From positions 1 to 57,279 of IMG/VR virus record IMGVR_UViG_3300017716_003587: a stretch of DNA of 57,279 nucleotides, one strand, 5' to 3'. The position numbers and the translations under genes are program-made. Shown piece by piece: positions 54,719-57,279 of this stretch. The stretch is from a virus. Lineage: Duplodnaviria > Caudoviricetes. The number at the start of each line of letters is the position of its first letter. The stretch's first letter is position 1. The notes under the pieces were generated by a model. That model was not told the origin of the DNA and made no database searches. It was given only the letters and a program-made list of their open reading frames with translations.

Positions 54719-56062
54719 TCAGTCGTCGTCTTCGAGCAGCAGCGCCAGCACTGCGGCGTTGGCTCGCACCTGGAGCAGCTCGTCGGTGGTCGACGCCGCC
54801 TCGTCGGCTGCGGGCTCGGTCTCGACGACCGGCTCCTCCACGGCGGCAGGCTCGGTGGTGGCCATGCACGGCGGGAAGCCTGCGATCAGCTCACTGACAC
54901 CCTGGTCGTTGATGCTGAACGCGAAGCCGGCGGCGAGGTCGTCCCACATCGGGTCTTCGCCCGAGCCGGGCACGTCGTAGCCTTCGGCGTTGACGGAGAC
55001 GATCGCCTTCAGGCGGCCACCGAGCCAGTGACCGGAGATGCGCGAGGCGCGGGCCGCGTACACGGCTTCGTCGGGGACGCCGGGACGGACGACACCCGAG
55101 ATCCATGGCCCGAGACGACCGGCGGTCATGCGAACATCGGCCCATGCGTTCTCGATGCCGCCGTACGCCTGCGCGAGATCGGGCACACCCTTCCCGGGGC
55201 GATGGCCGCCGTACGCGAAGATCGGGCCGGTCTCGACGATGCCGCGATCGGTGAGCACGCCGGGCTTGTTGTACGAGGCGTAGTTGTCGGCGGGCCGCGG
55301 GATGCGGACGCACTGACCTTCGATGCCGTCATGGCACGAATCCCACATGCCGAGATGGCCGTACACGTGGCCGTTGGCGTCGACGACGATCTTCGTCGGC
55401 GTGTCGGTCTCGGGGCGGAAGAAGAACTCGTACGGCTGGACGATGCCCGACGCGAGCAGCTCCTCGGGGACTTCCTCGATGACGGCGGGGCTCGGGACGC
55501 TGTTGATCGAGAAGTCGACCGCGTCGGAGATGAGCACCTCGTCGCCGTCGAAGAACGACGCGATGATCTCGGCGTCGTCGGCGACGATCTCCGCTCGAGC
55601 ATCGGCGAACGCCGGGGTGCCGACACCGGTGGTGGCGCCGATCGTCCATTCGGTGAAGCGGATGCGGTACGCGTACTCGGGGCCGTCGAGGTCTTCCTCG
55701 AAGCGGGCCTTCGCCTTCGTCAGGTCGATCGAGTTGCCGCGCATCGCCCCGGTCTTCACGTACACGGCGTGGCGCCGGCCGTTGTCGTCGTCGAGGAGGA
55801 AGCCGTCACCGGAGATGATCCCGGTCTCCGGGTCGAACGAGATCTGGTGCAGCGCACCGGTGACGAGCGCACCGTCGTGGCCGAACGTCGACGCGAACTG
55901 GGCGCGGATCGACAGCGGCAGGTCGCGAGTGTCGCCGCCGCCCGAGTCGAGCAGGCGGTGGTCGTCGGTCTCGGTGTCCATGCGGGCGAGCACCGGGAAG
56001 TGGATGCGGGCACCCATCCCCTCGGGCTTCTTCTTCGGCATCTGGCCAAACGTGCGGATCAT
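54719..56062 (-). CDS. Capsid maturation protease
   Basis: ETDDHR...LPL...GHDGA...SID...GTPAFADA; ISGHW; lies between portal and capsid. Confidence 0.75.
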   Translation of the reverse strand: MIRTFGQMPKKKPEGMGARIHFPVLARMDTETDDHRLLDSGGGDTRDLPLSIRAQFASTFGHDGALVTGALHQISFDPETGIISGDGFLLDDDNGRRHAVYVKTGAMRGNSIDLTKAKARFEEDLDGPEYAYRIRFTEWTIGATTGVGTPAFADARAEIVADDAEIIASFFDGDEVLISDAVDFSINSVPSPAVIEEVPEELLASGIVQPYEFFFRPETDTPTKIVVDANGHVYGHLGMWDSCHDGIEGQCVRIPRPADNYASYNKPGVLTDRGIVETGPIFAYGGHRPGKGVPDLAQAYGGIENAWADVRMTAGRLGPWISGVVRPGVPDEAVYAARASRISGHWLGGRLKAIVSVNAEGYDVPGSGEDPMWDDLAAGFAFSINDQGVSELIAGFPPCMATTEPAAVEEPVVETEPAADEAASTTDELLQVRANAAVLALLLEDDD

Positions 56063-56073
56063 CTCGGTTCCTC

Positions 56074-57279
56074 TCAGGCGGGACGCAGCCGTCGCGGCGT
56101 GTCGGTTTCACTGTCGTCGGGGGTCCCGGAACTCGAACCGGGGCCCACCTTCGGATCGTCCGCGGTGGAGGCCGGGTCGGGCCCGTCCTTCTTCGCAGAG
56201 ACGGCCTTCTCGAAGTCGATCTTGTCGGCGATGTCCATCTGGAACGTCGCCAGGTACGGGTCCTTCATCTGGCGACCCAGCTCGCGGATGTACTCGACTT
56301 CGGAAGGAGCGTCGGACTCGTCGAAGCCGGTGTAGCGGCGGCCGGCGGCTGCGCTGATCCAGATCCGGTCACCAGCCTGGCGGGCATCCTCGGCGAGGTT
56401 CGTCTTGACGTTCGCCTTCGTCAGGTCGTACCACAGGACGGTCTTCGCGATGCGGCCCGGGGGGACACCAGCGGCTTCCATCTCGACGTGGAGGATCATG
56501 TTGGTGAGCGCCCAGCAGAGCGTCTCCATGTCGGGCTGGATGTTGACGCGCCGCTCGTCGTCGGACACCGCCCAAGCGGACCAGTGGTTCGCGTCGCCCA
56601 TGCCCTTCACGTCCTGCGGCTGGACGTCGAGGCCCATGAGGATGCGGTCGATGAGCTCGGCCCGCAGCTCCATGTCGGTCTTCCAGATCTCCCGGTCCAT
56701 CACGATGTGCTTGATGGCGTCGGCGTACTGGGCGGGGCCGGTGACGAACGCCGGCAGGGCGGCGGCTGGGTCGTCGAAGTTCTGCATCATGTACAGGCCG
56801 GCGTTGAGGAGCCGGTCGATGACCTTCGAGTCCGAGATCTTGTCGGCGTTGCCCTTCGGGGTGCCGGTGCGGATGTCGTTGATCTCCGACGGGATGTACA
56901 CGATGCCGTTCGACACGAGCCGGTTCAGCATCTTCGCCTTCAGCCCGCGGGTGAGGAGGTCGAGGAGTTCGCAGTTGGTCTCCGAAGCGCGCATCGGCGA
57001 GTCGGACTGGTCGACGAACTGCATCGCCGGGCGCCAGACGCGACCGAGGAAGTCGCGTGGCTCGATGTCGACGACCATCTGCTCGTTGCCGGACGTCTTC
57101 GGGAGGGTGATCCGCTTGATGGGCTGGCCGGACTGGATGACGGTGTCGGTGGTGATCGTGTCGAGCGACGCGAGGTCGATCTCATCGGCGGAGATGAAGT
57201 CGTAGCCGACCACTTCGTCGTCGACGCGGCAGCGGATCAGGTAGGCGTCGCCGGGGACCTTCATCAGCGTGATGTAGCG
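56074..57279 (-). CDS. Portal protein, 5' end beyond the window
   Basis: VPGDAYL, RVWRP, DSPMRA, NHWSAW, LWYDLT actinophage portal motifs. Confidence 0.85.
   Translation of the reverse strand, partial: RYITLMKVPGDAYLIRCRVDDEVVGYDFISADEIDLASLDTITTDTVIQSGQPIKRITLPKTSGNEQMVVDIEPRDFLGRVWRPAMQFVDQSDSPMRASETNCELLDLLTRGLKAKMLNRLVSNGIVYIPSEINDIRTGTPKGNADKISDSKVIDRLLNAGLYMMQNFDDPAAALPAFVTGPAQYADAIKHIVMDREIWKTDMELRAELIDRILMGLDVQPQDVKGMGDANHWSAWAVSDDERRVNIQPDMETLCWALTNMILHVEMEAAGVPPGRIAKTVLWYDLTKANVKTNLAEDARQAGDRIWISAAAGRRYTGFDESDAPSEVEYIRELGRQMKDPYLATFQMDIADKIDFEKAVSAKKDGPDPASTADDPKVGPGSSSGTPDDSETDTPRRLRPA

Noticed and set aside
23171-57205. Many long + strand ORFs opposite the late genes (e.g. 52949-54700, 40598-42040, 48615-50057)
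   Set aside because: Shadow ORFs of high-GC coding DNA; no RBS or motifs; fully overlap well-supported genes.
1-57279. Window as a complete circular genome with the portal wrapping to position 1
   Set aside because: The minus-strand gene at 1-453 runs off the left edge and is not portal-like; no terminal repeat seen; replication genes are absent, so more genome probably lies outside.
1-57279. Stop-codon reassignment
   Set aside because: Genes read intact in the standard bacterial code, with TGA and TAG stops coupled to downstream starts.

Overview
High-GC tailed-phage (siphovirus-like) DNA, either a large part of a virion genome or a prophage with no integrase in view. The host is probably an actinobacterium; the SSB and an Ssd/TadZ-like protein look Acidimicrobiia-like by recollection, not by search. 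Layout: (i) a leftward gene truncated at the window edge; (ii) a ~600 bp divergent control region (454-1066) with four tandem LexA/SOS boxes; (iii) a + strand arm (1067-18160) of about 45 small, often very acidic, tightly coupled genes ending in ERF recombinase, RusA, two methyltransferases, a stand-alone LexA DNA-binding domain and SSB; (iv) a - strand late arm running portal (truncated at the right edge), protease, major capsid, a ~14 kb sugar-related insert (SGNH esterase, GH5, fibre-like proteins, four glycosyl/phosphotransferase genes plus an FkbM methyltransferase), head-tail adaptor, HNH, an atypical tRNA, tail tube, frameshifted chaperones, tape measure, tail tip, lysis, WhiB, and finally the terminase. 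Best candidates for undescribed biology: a phage SOS-manipulation circuit (4x SOS-box array plus a peptidase-less LexA DBD), a self-promoted glycosylation/methylation cassette in the virion operon, an initiator-bodied tRNA with a CAA anticodon, pervasive leaderless gene starts, a repeated TTGC-N5-GCAA operator, and a structured RNA leader. All functional calls come from motif recognition by eye; no database searches were run.
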